A DNA stretch of 64,000 nt from the NCBI RefSeq assembly GCF_037042905.1, contig NC_087254.1, forward strand, positions 11,842,001 to 11,906,000, in the 5' to 3' direction. The notes below the pieces were generated by a model. The model saw only the letters and a program-made list of their open reading frames with translations, was not told the origin of the DNA and made no database searches. This DNA is from Lytechinus pictus. Lineage: Eukaryota. Of this stretch, positions 14,207 to 26,460 are shown piece by piece (position 1 is the first letter of the stretch; every line of letters starts with the position of its first letter). The translations under genes and the position numbers were made by a program.

Positions 14207-15054
14207 CTAGAAACACACAATTTGACAACAAGGAATAATAATAATAATAATTACAACACTTATAAGATGCTTAACACAGATGTTTTAAACTTCAGATACA
14301 GATGCTCAATTTTCTCATGATTAATCAATTGATAGGATTGTAAAGTGCAATCAATAAATGAGTAAATTACCCAATCTCAAATACAAAAGAAACACAAACA
14401 AAAACACAAAACAAAGATGTACATCTCCATATGGACCAACCCACAGAGTGGAAATATCTAAATATTTAAAGAGTTATTGACCCAAACTGGAAATAAGAGT
14501 TTTCTAAGTAAAAAATATCATAAAAATAAGGAATCATTACATAGGTAGGACGAATAATCTTCTATATGAAGAATGAGAACAAATTAATTTATCAATTATT
14601 TTCAATCTACGTATTTACTAAAATCTATAGAGAATATGAAAATAGTGTTGATTCAATATGATCCATTGCCATCTAGTGCAAGTCTTGAAAAAATAATTAC
14701 TTCACACGCCCCTCTTCGAACCAAAGATTTCAATATTAGCAGCAACTACAAATTCATTAGGTCTGTAATATTTCAAAATACAGACTTGCGCTGTTTCTTC
14801 TTTCTTCTGTTTTCTAATAAAATTCAACACTTGTTAATTTTATTTTTGTCTCACCCGCATAGCAAAGCGAGATTTTAGGCACCGCTTTTTTTTACGGTGG
14901 CGGCAGTTTTTACTTCCATGCATCCTCACTTTCTGACCTGTAACTGAGTGGATTTTTTAGAATCAAGGGCACAGCGTTTCAGAAAAATGCGTATCCAGTT
15001 TCAAACTCCAATATCCAGGGGTGCTACTTTTCAAAATGCTGCGCGGCACCAGGG

Positions 15055-16204
15055 CACAGTGGGCCAGAATGAGTTGAAAGTGCGCCAAAATTATATTCCA
15101 TGTTAGATTTTTACTTCAACATGTTGATTAAGGATAATTTTGGGCGTAGAATCGACTGAACATAATTGATTGGCTACTTAAAACCTATCATAAAAAGACA
15201 AATTACGCTAAACAATGTGCATAAACTTTGTGTTATGTGCCTATTGACCAGAGTGAATGTTGGTTTATGCTCCTCACATGCCTAAAAAGTGTGTATGAGA
15301 TGCCGAAAATAATTTTATGACATCAAAATGATCATTAGTTAGATTTTTCTTTAAATACTTTAAAATCTGAGAAATGTTAACCTTGCATTATCAAGCTGTG
15401 TTGACTTGTGTAAAACGCAGAGTATATAACACCACGAATGTATATGAGGAGGGTTTTTTGGCTGAAATTATTCTACATGTAAATTTTATCTCTGGAAGAC
15501 TTGTAGGTAGCCCTTATTTGCGTTAGCAACCTTTATTTTGTTTACATAATGCCCGAAATTCATGTCATTTTCATGGAATGGAAGGGGAATCGTCCTCGCC
15601 GTGCAAAAGTAAACGGCAATGTACACCCCATACGGTGCGCTGCGATGACTGCGCGGTATAATAATGACCGTTTTGGGGGGTGATGTGTCAAGTAAAATTG
15701 GCTCTATCATAAAAACGGGCAAAAACGGGCAGACAAATTTGGTATCGACTTAAAGCTTAGACATTGTGAAAAATGATGCTGATAAAATTTAGACGGAAAT
15801 CCACGGATATCTAAACGTTTCTAATGTAAATGCAAAAATCATGGATTTTCGAGGAATAATTATCCTATAAATCTCCTGAAAGATGTCATTTATCTACTTT
15901 GAACCCTTTCACACTAAAAAGGAATATGTCAGGATTATGTGGGAGCCATTTCAGATTCCTACATGAAAAACCTCCTGTGAAATGGCCTGGTTTTCAATTT
16001 AGGTTGTCATACGCGGTATTTCGCAAAATGTCTCATTTTACGATTTGACGTAGGAAATTAACCTTTATGCAAATTCCAGAATGAAATATTTTGCTGAAGT
16101 ATTCTTCATGGTGTTGTCTTTCAGCTGGGCATGACAAAAATTAAGAATCTGAAATTGCCCAAAATGACTTTTGGCGCACTTTTGTTTCGCCCCGGCCCAC
16201 TGTG
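15055..16204. mobile_element. Non-autonomous Transib/RAG-like DNA transposon (1150 bp)
   Basis: TIRs CACAGTGGGCC...AAAGTGCGCCAAAA at both ends and a perfect 5-bp GC-rich TSD CAGGG (15050-15054 and 16205-16209). Confidence 0.88.
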
Positions 16205-16924
16205 CAGGGGCCCGTAACACAAAGCTTAGCAAAGATTATAGAACATGTTTTTAGGATTGATTCCATTGACTACAAATGTACAACTAATCGTGAAAATCCA
16301 AGTGTACAATTAATCGCTAACCTTTGTGTTATGGGACCCTGGTCTTGCTGTAACTTCAATACAGAACAAGGCATAAGCGATGTTGTGTCTTGCCCACTTG
16401 TGAAAATGACCAGAAATATCGCGATTTGCAAGGGCATGCAACAGAATTGTATCAAAAGTTCATTGTGAAATAACTGGGATGGAATAACATTTGTCATAAG
16501 AGTCTTGCATGTAAACTCTAATGTTGACCTCAAAATGACCTTTGACCTTATCATGTGACCTCCGACCACAATAACATGCAGGTCTCCTAAGTACAGCTAC
16601 AACCCAAATTGATTTGAAAGTGACTTACGGTTGCGGAGTTATGTGTCATAAGAGTCTTGCATGTAAACTTTAATGTTGACCTGAAAATTATCTTTGACCT
16701 TACTATGTGGTATTTGACCTTACAGATGACATTTGGATCCCTAACTCTCGCCTTCACCTTTGGTGGGCGAGACAAAAACAATTGTTTTTTATTTGTCATT
16801 TTGAAGATGCGATCCTAAATTTGCGAGAAATAAGTTCACAAACTCAGAATAAAATAAGATTTTTTCATTTTAGCGCCTTTTTCGGCGAATCAATGTTAAT
16901 TTCATTCCACTGAATTTAACTTAC

Positions 16925-17088
16925 GATCCTCTGACTAGGTCTGTGATGGTTTCTGTGACCGCATCGTCCCCCGCGCTGGTGTACTGTTTACTCCTCTCAT
17001 CCAAGATCTCTACAAACTTGGCTGGAAACCAACCCCGAAGGCCATTCAGCTCACCTACCCAGCAGTGCTCATCTTTCTGAGATATGAT
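16925..17088 (-). CDS. SGSM3: SGSM3 exon, SH3 C-terminal half ([35 protein letters not shown]…DLVRG)
   Basis: TAG acceptor and GTAAGT donor, 164 bp, phase 0-2. [20 protein letters not shown]3 signature. Confidence 0.95.
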
Positions 17089-17377
17089 CTACATGTACGA
17101 GGAAGAAAACATAATTCATATCAGCGATGAAGGATAATAAAAGAAATCTTGATACAACATGGCAGTGATTTTCAATCTTATGACCACGCCAAAGATGGAA
17201 AGAATCTGGCAACTGAAGTTTGATCGAAACAGAAGATATGTGAGATTACGCAGTATTTTCACGGTCAAGATCATATTTCAATCCAACTGTGTGGAAATGG
17301 TACCAAATTTCTCCTGAAAGCAAACAATAACATGATAGAATTAACAATAGTAATATTGCTATGAAATCAATACTCAC

Positions 17378-17533
17378 TGTGATGATATCATTTTTTCTAA
17401 AGCCCAATTCATCATCATCATGCCTCTCAAAGTCCAGCAGTGCTTTGGCCCTTCTTTTCCTCGTTCTTGTGATGTTCACAAACTGTTCATGGTCTTTCTG
17501 GTGACTTTCCAGAGAGTAGTCTGGTATCAGACC
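17378..17533 (-). CDS. SGSM3: SGSM3 exon, start of SH3 domain (…[25 protein letters not shown])
   Basis: TAG acceptor and GTGAGT donor, 156 bp, phase 0-0. ALLDF..DELGF SH3 motif. Confidence 0.95.
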
Positions 17534-18274
17534 CTATTCAAAATGACAGAGAGGAATAGAGGTTATAGTCTATTGACAAAAATTGAATTCAATTAATTGA
17601 ATTACTCGTTGGTCTATTGCAAAGCAGTTTGCGAGAATTTCATTGCTTGATCAAGAATAAATTATCTCTTCAAATGTAACACATTTTTCAAGTTTTTAAA
17701 CCTCACTTGTTGCCATGAATTTTTAAATTAATTTCCTTTGGATATCAAAGAAATCAGTTGTGATATAATTATCATGCCCCCCCCCCCTTCAGACCTTATC
17801 AACACTCGTGATGACAGATCGCATATGTAAATAGTCCTTTATTGCATGTGGTAATTGATTGTTGTAGAGCATGGATAACAATTGACAATAACATCTGGTA
17901 CATTTACAATTGACATAAACTGAACTTTGTGAAATCCTGATAAATCCCGGTGAATGTTGTTTTCTTAACAACAGACAGCGAGTTAGAACGATATTTTCTT
18001 ATTGAGTAAAAAATTGTCAATCCAATTGCAAAGCATAATCCTTTCCTAAGTACGAGAACCGCATACGTCTTTTTGTATGAAAGGACTTCACTCACGATTT
18101 TAGCATTCTTTGGATCGATAGCTTGCATGATTTCTTTTCTATAGCAAAGTTTTTTTAGTGTCTGTACGTTTTTCTTATGACAGACAATAGATTTTGAACA
18201 ATATTTTCTTATTGAGCAAAATTGCCAATCCGCAGAAGAATCCGTTCCTGTGCATGAGAACGGACTTCACTCAC

Positions 18275-18405
18275 TATTTTTGCATTCTTTGGGTCGATAG
18301 CTTGAAAGTGTCTTCCGATCTGTTGAATGGCTTCCCTCAAATCTGACACAAGCTCCGTCTGACGAATGTTCTTAGCCTTCAAATCATTGGAATCATCCTG
18401 ATTAG
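18275..18405 (-). CDS. SGSM3: SGSM3 exon: (P)NQDDSNDLKAKNIRQTELVSDLREAIQQIGRHFQAIDPKNAKI
   Basis: ACAG acceptor and GTGAGT donor, 131 bp, phase 1-0. LKAKNIxQTELVxDLREAI motif. Confidence 0.92.
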
Positions 18406-18699
18406 CTGTAATTAGAAAGAAAAAAAATATTGAATGATAACATTCTTTCATAAAGGGTCATAAAAAAACACATTTATATTTGGCAACTTGTCCAAGTCAC
18501 TTGTTCCTCTACTTCCAGTTTTCTTGTTACACCCAAAATATCCCAAACCTGCAGGGGGATATCATTTGTCCACTAGTCCTGTTAGTATTAAAAAGCCTTC
18601 ATGATGACATTCAATCATGTTACACTTCTGAAAATTTAAAAACAATAACAATTTCCTTTAACAATTCTTGATAAGCACCTTGAGCACTCTACAGTCAAA

Positions 18700-18757
18700 T
18701 TTATTATCATTATTATTATCATTATCATTGTTATTATTAACAATATCATTATTACCA

Positions 18758-18788
<31 letters not shown>

Positions 18789-18800
18789 TAGTTTTATCAT
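18700..18800. repeat. (ATT/ATC)n microsatellite
   Basis: Direct inspection. Confidence 0.9.
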
Positions 18801-19076
18801 TAACAGACTTGAGATGATATTTCTTTTTAATAGTGGGGCCATATCAACTGAGCTATATAAGTGGCATAATTCGCTCAATCACTTTTTAGGGGATGTAGAT
18901 AATAATAATAATAATAATTATATATTGGATGGACTTACTTCATGGAAGACCAGAAATATTTTACTTATTACGGCCAATATTCCACTCATCTTGCAATATT
19001 GTCCAAAACTCGTGGAATTTCTCCAGCATCCCATTCTGAGCCATCCAATATATCATACTTATTGACTACTACTTAC

Positions 19077-19131
19077 GAAACAGAGCTCCCATCAGTGATT
19101 TTCTCCTCTGCAGTTGACGCTTGTTCACTTG
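19077..19131 (-). CDS. SGSM3: SGSM3 small exon: QVNKRQLQRRKSLMGALF
   Basis: Poly-T...TACAG acceptor and GTAAGT donor, 55 bp, phase 0-1, which bridges the neighbouring exon phases. QRRKS..ALF resembles SGSM3. Confidence 0.85.
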
Positions 19132-19758
19132 CTGTACGAAAAAAAAAAAAAAAAAAAAACATAATTAACATTTGATGATATATTTCCTTTATGGAAGAAC
19201 TGCGAAAATACTGAATAACAAACCCAAGAATCTAACGATAATCATTATAAAAGAGCAATATGAAAGAGTACCATGTTAGAATAAAATTGCAGGAATAGAT
19301 CACGCTCTTGGTATAAGCTACAATTGAGTTTGAGTACAAACCTTCAAACATGACGTACAGCAAGTATTCATAATTGCTTCTATTACAATAACTCATTTAT
19401 TGAAAATCAATGCAAACAATGCAAAGGCGTGAATAATATTCATGCAGATACATGTACATGATTACAGCGTTAATGTATTTGAGCCGTTTGGCAGGAAAAA
19501 CATATCCAAAGCTGTATACTTCTGGGTGCCGTTTCACAAAGACTTGTTACAACAACGTCTATTGCAAATTTAGTACCAGCCAATCAAATTGAAGGATTTC
19601 AGTAGCTTTAGACTGTTATTGCAGATTTGTTATTTGAACAAGTTTTATGAAACAGGGCCCATGTACCAGCATAAAAGAAACCACAATGTCAAGGGTCATT
19701 TCTAAGCTCAAGGTACATTAATCATAGACCTGTCAACGGGAAGGGGGTATTACTTTAA

Positions 19759-20347
19759 AGGACAAGTCCACCCCAACAAAAAGTTGATTTGAATAAAAAG
19801 AGAAAAATCCAACAAGCATAACACTGAAAATTTCATCAAAATCGGATGTAAAATAAGAAAGTTATGACATTTTAAAGTTTTGCTTAATTTCACAAAACAG
19901 TTATATGCACATCCTGGCTAGTATGCAAATGAGGAGACTATGACGTCATCCACTCACTATTTCTTTTGTATTTTATTATATGAAATATTCTAATTTTCTC
20001 CTCATTGTCAAGTGATACAACGATTAATTCCTCCCTGAACATGTGGAATTAACATTGTTTAATACTATATGGTTCAGTCAAGTTGGTCCTTATTACAAAT
20101 CTATAAAAAAAAAATGAAAATTTTGTATAATTCAAACAATAAAAAAACAAAAGAAATAGTGAGTGATGGACATCATCGACTGACTCACCTAGTTGTGCGT
20201 ATCACTGTTTTGTGAAAAATAAGCGAAACTTTAAAATGTCATAACTTTCTTATTTTACATCCGATTTTGATGAAATTTTCAGCACTATGCTAGTTTGATT
20301 TTTCTCTATTTATTTAAGTCAGCATTTTCCTGGGGTGGACTTGACCT
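19759..20347. mobile_element. MITE, Kolobok-like
   Basis: TTAA|AGGACAAGTCCACCCC...GGGGTGGACTTGACCT with long imperfect TIRs. The right TTAA is degenerate. A partial copy lies at about 20795-20920. Confidence 0.7.
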
Positions 20348-21076
20348 TACAAAAACAAATGAGCAAGCAATAAGCAAAGTTTCACAGATATTTTGGTGCT
20401 TATTTCAAGGCCTGCAGATAGATGTATATATCAGTCAATGTGTATCAGTAGTGAAGGAATGTTTGTAAGCTAAGTTCATTTTCTGGTATAGAAATCTAAT
20501 TTCAGTAGGAAATTATTAGGAAGAAGTCCCTAAGTGTTTTTCAAACACCAGATTGCTTATTTAGAACAACAAAGTTAACTTTGTCAACATGGGGACGAAT
20601 TAGGTGATCTGTCTGTGATTCTCGTGATCAAGATCGCGATCACGACCACCATGTCAATGCAGATCAATATGATCATCAAGATGAGAACCTAACTTTCATC
20701 ATGGAAAGAACATATTGAATAATATTGAAAGACAGGAAATGATAAGTTTCTTTGAAAAGGTCTTATCCCATATTACATGTAGGTGGTTTAGTAAAAACTT
20801 TAAAATGCCATAACTTTCTTATTTCATATCCAGTGTTTATAAAAATTTCACTATTAAGCTCATGTGACTTTTTTTCTGGTCATCTAAATCAACTTTTTTG
20901 CTGGGGTGGGCTTGATTTATAACTTCAGCTAATCATCACACACTCAAAACTGGCAATATTATTACAATAAAATCACTGATTAAAATGCAAATTGGCAATT
21001 TTGGGGTAAATTTTTTAATGTATAATTGATTTTGACTCGTGTTACACCCGTATCATATATATATTTTTTTAGTCAG

Positions 21077-22028
21077 TGTCAGGATAGAAATTTAATTACA
21101 GATTTTAAACATGTGTTTAAAATAGTTATTTGGTCCAAGCATGTTGATATGTTTTGAATACTTTGAAAGCAAGCATTGGAAACGCTTGATACCCCCCCCC
21201 CCCTTTAGAGTACAAGTGTACCAGGTTTATGTCATATTTTATACAGGTGTTCGAAATATTTCTTATTAGTAGTATTTTCATACAGGTGGCGTAAATAACC
21301 TAAAGTGATCTAGCATTGATGAGTTTAGATGTATAGATACACAGGAAGTGTCTTTTATTAATAAGAATGTGTTGTTTTATGCACTCATCTGTTATCGAAA
21401 TTCTTTGGATTACTTTTTAGAAATCTTACAGTTAGTCCTAGTAACGGTAGGGTATATTAGGAGGTTAATTTCGGTAATTCAGGGAGAACCACTTAAGCTA
21501 GAATAGACTACAGATGTTCGTGTAGGCAGTCTAAGTTATAACTGAGGGACTACATCGGTGACGAGATAACGACCCCAGCTGCCGCCGGTTCTCCACCGAC
21601 ATGATTGGTCAAAATTCATGTCATCATTGGGGGCTCGATCTCGTCCAATAATTCGTTGAAGCCACATCTCTGGTCTGAGGGCTACTCATCAGGGGGTAAC
21701 TGTCTGCGGAGGCCGAGGCCAAGTGGAAGAGACATCGCAAGCTGCGGAGGCCAGGAACTGGACCGACCACCAGGGCCGAGTGGGGCATGTCAAGCCAGAA
21801 CAGATGACTGGGGCTCTATTCAACTATTGTTTAAGTTAAGTTATATTTTGTTATAACCATGTATATTTCCATGTAAATCATTGTAAAAGATATCAAAGGA
21901 AACCACATAATGATTTAAGAGCTTTGATTAAATCTTTTACTAACTGTATTTATCAGTTTTACGTATTCTTTATTTGGCGTCAAGCAGCAGTAGATAAATA
22001 ATTAAAAAAAGTCACTTCCCACGTGACA
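21077..22028 (+). repeat. 5' LTR (952 bp)
   Basis: Direct repeat of 26461-27419. By eye about 5 substitutions and 2 small indels. Confidence 0.95.
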
Positions 22029-22031
22029 ATT

Positions 22032-22048
22032 TGGAGGTCCCACCGAGA
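22032..22048 (+). other. Primer-binding site complementary to the 3' end of tRNA-Gln
   Basis: TGGAGGTCCCACCGAGA is the reverse complement of TCTCGGTGGGACCT-CCA, the 3' end of animal tRNA-Gln. It starts 3 nt after the LTR. Confidence 0.85.
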
Positions 22049-22712
22049 CACTGCTGCTTGAAATAATTCAAAATTATTTAGGAAAGAAATAAATCTGTGG
22101 TCATCTTTCCGAATGGATACTTTAATGATGGTCTATTGGTAATAGCTCTTAAAGTATTTCTCCCCAAGGTGTGCATTGAAGCCTTGGTACTAATCATACT
22201 TGCTATGCTTGAATTTACATTTGGATAGTACAGTGAATTATTGTGGGAAATTTTCGCTAGGAAAATATATTTCATACCTTTTTCGGCCGGGTAAACAGCA
22301 TTTAGGGAAAGCAGACCCTGTTTTAATTCTATGGTATATAGTGGGCTGTTGGTCGTTAGGATAAAGGATATGTCGGGAAGAACCGTTTGTTCTTAATTCA
22401 CATAATTACTGTCTATTCTTACGGGTAACTCGTTGGCATGGTAGCAAGCATTGAATGTTCAAGTTTACGTGCTTGAATAGATTCCAGTGTTGAATTTGAC
22501 TAGGCTTTGAATCCTCTTGTGTGAAGTGGATTGGTGTGGTTCCGCATGGTTAAATTGTATGCTCATTGTGAGATACATTCTAGTGTGCTTGTTGGAAGGC
22601 ACTAGGGGTTTGGCATTTGTTGCCAGGTGTTAAAGCTTTTGCTTTGTTTATGCGGATGGTTAAAGCCTGTTAGGATATTTGAATTTGTTGGAATCTATTG
22701 TTAATAGTCGCT

Positions 22713-24974
22713 ATGGCTAGCATTGAACAAATGAAAGAAGGTAGGGAAATGGGCCTTAGTGGTGGCGAGTTGAGTAGGTTTGTGTCTGAGCGTTGCCAGG
22801 CGATAGAACGAGAGAAAGAAATCGAAAAGGAGCGCGAAGCTCGAGAAAAGGAGCGTGAGCATGAACTGAAGTTAGCGCATATGCGTAAGGAAGAGGTGAA
22901 TAATGTACCTCAGTTAGGTGGGATAAAGCTTGAAGTAGGTCGTTTTGACGATGCCCACGATAAGTTCGATGCTTACATAACCAAATTTGAGATGTTAATG
23001 AAAAGCCAAAAAGTTTCTGATGACTTATGGGTAATATATCTAATCTCTAATCTAACAGGGAAAGCTTTAGATGTAGTGAATAGGATGAATGTAGATGATC
23101 GCCAGAAATATACCGCGGTAAAAGATGAGCTGATGCAATACTATCATCTCACTGAGGAAGGGTATAGGCGAAATTTCAGATCAAGTAGGCCGTTAAACTC
23201 TGAACGTCCCAAACAGTTTGCTACTAGAATGAAGGCTCATTTTGATAAGTGGGTAGAGGCGGCTAAGATAGATAGTAGTAGAGGGGCTCTTGAGGATCTG
23301 ATGTTGCGAGAGCAATTTTTGACTGATTGTCCAAAAGAGGTTGCTAGGTTCATTAGGGAACGAAAATGCATGAATTTTGATGAAGCCGTTAATTGTGCGG
23401 AAGTTTATGTTAGTGCGCATGGGCCTCATGTGTTCTCTAGTGGGCAGAAACCCGAAAAGTTCCGATCAGAGCCGAAGTTTGGTAGAAAGAGCCCTCCGTC
23501 AAGCCCATTAAGAAAAACTACAGGCATTCAGAAATCTGGTGAAGTTCAGACTAGATTCAGGAAGATTGAAGGTAATAAGCCTTATCAAACGAGAGGGTGC
23601 TACATGTGTGGGAATCCTAATCACATAAAGAGGGAGTGTCCCATGTTGTCCAGGCCTGCGGCGGCTCAAGGTATGCTGTTTGTAGGGGGAGGAGGCCCTA
23701 AGTTAGACATTGGTGAGGGGTGTCCTCAGGTAAATGAAATAGAGTCTGAAGTTGTAGACATGACGGCATGTTGTATGTCTGTTGAGTCCGTGGTCGATGA
23801 TTTCGATAATAGGGACGAAGCTATTGAAAAAATTGGAATAGCTGATGATATCGATTCAATGGGCGATGATTTGTTTGTCGTATCTGGGAGATTGATGCCT
23901 GGGAATGTTCCCGTGTCAGTGTTGCGTGATACAGGTTGCACTGCCTGTGTAGTGAAAGAGGCATTGGTTAGGAAAGATCAGTTTATAGGTCAATATCGAG
24001 CAGTCAGGTTAATAGATACTACAATCAGGCGTTTTCCATTGGCTAAGATAGTTGTAGATTCGCCGTATTTCGAAGGAGAGATTGTGGCTGTGTGTCTGCC
24101 CGATTGTTTGTATGATCTAGTTATTGGTAATGTAAAAGGGGCTCGTAAAGCGAGTGACCCCAATTTACATTGGGTCCCGAAGAATGATGTTGAGGTCGTT
24201 GATGTGGTAGAACAAAAGGAAGGAATAGATAGGGAGTGTTCAAGTGACTTGAAGTCTGACGCTGAAGGCGTGATTTCGGAGGAAGTTGATGTTGAATTGC
24301 AGGCGGTTCAGACTCGTTCACAAAAATTGAGAGACTCTAAGCCCATTAAAGGCTTGACTTTGGTTGACCCTTTAGTTAACATAGAATCCAATGAGTTTTT
24401 GACAGAACAAAAAGATGACGTAACGTTAGGCCCTCTATGGCAGAGAATTGATATGCTTAACAATTCACAGTACAAGTATTTGTGTGAACGTGAGCTTCTG
24501 TTCCGACAGAAAAAGGATGGAAATGATCGAGGTATAGGTCCTAAATTCCTTGTAGTTCCCCAGTCTCGAAGAGAAGAGATAATGCAATATGCGCATGAGT
24601 CATTACTAAATGGACATTTAGGTATCAATGATACCCTGTCTAAGACCAAGGCGCAGTTCTTCTGGCCTGGGATGTCAGAAGATGTCGCAAATTTCTGTAG
24701 GTCATGTGTAATATCTCGGAAAACTGATGTGGTGGAGACTCATGTTTGTAAGAGAGTCGATATTCCCTCGGTCATGTCGAACTTAGGTACTCGAGTCGTT
24801 TCGGATCTGATGTTTGAAGCATCTAATTTGTTGCCAGTCAAGCGACTGACCAGTTCTCGGTACTTTCCTGCGAAATTATGTAACTGGTTGCTCAAGCGTT
24901 GCAACGTTGTGAAGTCTGTTTTGAAACGATTGTGCACCAAAGAAACGTCAGAGTCGGATAAATATCCACCTTGA
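22713..24974 (+). CDS. Gag (SCAN-like capsid, CCHC knuckle) + aspartic protease + truncated integrase zinc-binding region; no RT or RNase H
   Basis: DLMLREQFL, CYMCGNPNHIKREC, LRDTG, then AHESLLNGHLG...FFWPGM...CRSC directly after the protease (PR-IN order). No YxDD or DDE core is visible. Confidence 0.88.
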   Translation: MASIEQMKEGREMGLSGGELSRFVSERCQAIEREKEIEKEREAREKEREHELKLAHMRKEEVNNVPQLGGIKLEVGRFDDAHDKFDAYITKFEMLMKSQKVSDDLWVIYLISNLTGKALDVVNRMNVDDRQKYTAVKDELMQYYHLTEEGYRRNFRSSRPLNSERPKQFATRMKAHFDKWVEAAKIDSSRGALEDLMLREQFLTDCPKEVARFIRERKCMNFDEAVNCAEVYVSAHGPHVFSSGQKPEKFRSEPKFGRKSPPSSPLRKTTGIQKSGEVQTRFRKIEGNKPYQTRGCYMCGNPNHIKRECPMLSRPAAAQGMLFVGGGGPKLDIGEGCPQVNEIESEVVDMTACCMSVESVVDDFDNRDEAIEKIGIADDIDSMGDDLFVVSGRLMPGNVPVSVLRDTGCTACVVKEALVRKDQFIGQYRAVRLIDTTIRRFPLAKIVVDSPYFEGEIVAVCLPDCLYDLVIGNVKGARKASDPNLHWVPKNDVEVVDVVEQKEGIDRECSSDLKSDAEGVISEEVDVELQAVQTRSQKLRDSKPIKGLTLVDPLVNIESNEFLTEQKDDVTLGPLWQRIDMLNNSQYKYLCERELLFRQKKDGNDRGIGPKFLVVPQSRREEIMQYAHESLLNGHLGINDTLSKTKAQFFWPGMSEDVANFCRSCVISRKTDVVETHVCKRVDIPSVMSNLGTRVVSDLMFEASNLLPVKRLTSSRYFPAKLCNWLLKRCNVVKSVLKRLCTKETSESDKYPP

Positions 24975-26460
24975 AATAAACAAGCGAATTGTAAGACAGT
25001 TTTTGTGCCTACAATGTTTTAAGTTTCGCTTGGTCTCAAAATAGAAAACAAAGCTGTTAATTTAATGAAGAGATTACTGTAAATATTGATTTTTACCCAA
25101 AATCATTTATTTCATTTATGATGGTATATAAAAAAAAAATAATAATCACTTCAATATGTTTAGTATACACATGACAGATACTTCATGAAGGTTTTCTCAT
25201 TTCTTTCAGGAACCCTGGAACCAGCACACAGCGTTTACATTTCAACAGGCTCTTCGCTGTTTGTAACTTTTAGGTTAAGGAAACTGTGTTTGGTAGGGCT
25301 TAGTTATACATAGTATAGGTTAGTTTAGGGCCGATAGGTTTTAGTTAAGTTGATTTAAGATTGTAATTGTAGTTTTAAGAAAAAGGAATCTTGCTTATTT
25401 TGTAAAATTTAAATAATGAGCCATTTTTTTAATTGCTCTAAAAGGAAAAACTCAGTCATTTTAATGACACTATTCAAATGTTTTGACAATATGTAAGTCA
25501 CTTAAAAAAAAAAATCCATTTTGAAGAACAGCATATTATTGTCAATTTTAAAATGATGTTGGATATATGATTAAAATCTGAATTGACAGTTTTCGACATT
25601 ATACACTGCTTCCTAGCAAGTTCAGAAGTGTTTTAAACATACTTTGTATTTTAACACGGTTAGGATTAAATGAAAAAAAAATATATATACTTTTGATTCA
25701 GTAGTCAGGATTTGAAAGAAAAGAATCATGTTATATCTTATTATACTGAAATATGTATTTTGTCTCTTAAATTATGGGACATCTTGTATGTTTTCATACA
25801 ATGTCGTTATGTCATTTGAAATTTTTAATCTCTTAACAAGAAATAATTATTTCTGAATATTATTGGATTAGGGAAGCCATGTTTAATGGTTAATGTAAAA
25901 CACCTTATCAAAGCATTGTTTGAAAGTTATATTATTGTATTGATGTATTCGTGATGTCGAATTTTAAACCATAATATAAAAATGGTAAGAGTCACTTTAA
26001 TTTGTAAAAAAAAATTTGTAAAAAATACAATTTTAAGACAGTTTAATGATTTTTGGTTTAAAAGCATGCAGTTTTGAAGCACTGTACTTAAAAAAAATCA
26101 AGAAGTTTTCTGAATTTGATAATTCTTTTTATTTGATCCTAAACAAAACAAATAAGATTTTCAGAAATTGTTGAAATTAGTTCAAAGCAGTTATGCAAAA
26201 CATAGTAAAGATTACATTTTTTAAAACACTAATATAGATGGCTTACTTGGAATAAGCTCTTGACATGTATATTTGGATGTTTATATATCTTTATATGTAT
26301 CACTGAATATAGATAATGAATTATTCGTAATAATATGGATAGTTAACTTTTTCATTATGATAGAGATTTGAGTAAAACCTTGTTAAAGGAGACTCTGTTA
26401 TAAATTTCTTTAATGGATATAATTCAGGTTCCCTTAATTTCATCTTAAGGTGGGGGATAT

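Noticed and set aside
21605-21856. 83-aa ORF duplicated at 26996-27247
   Set aside because: It lies within the LTRs, has a non-ATG start and shows no recognisable motif. The duplication simply reflects the LTR pair.
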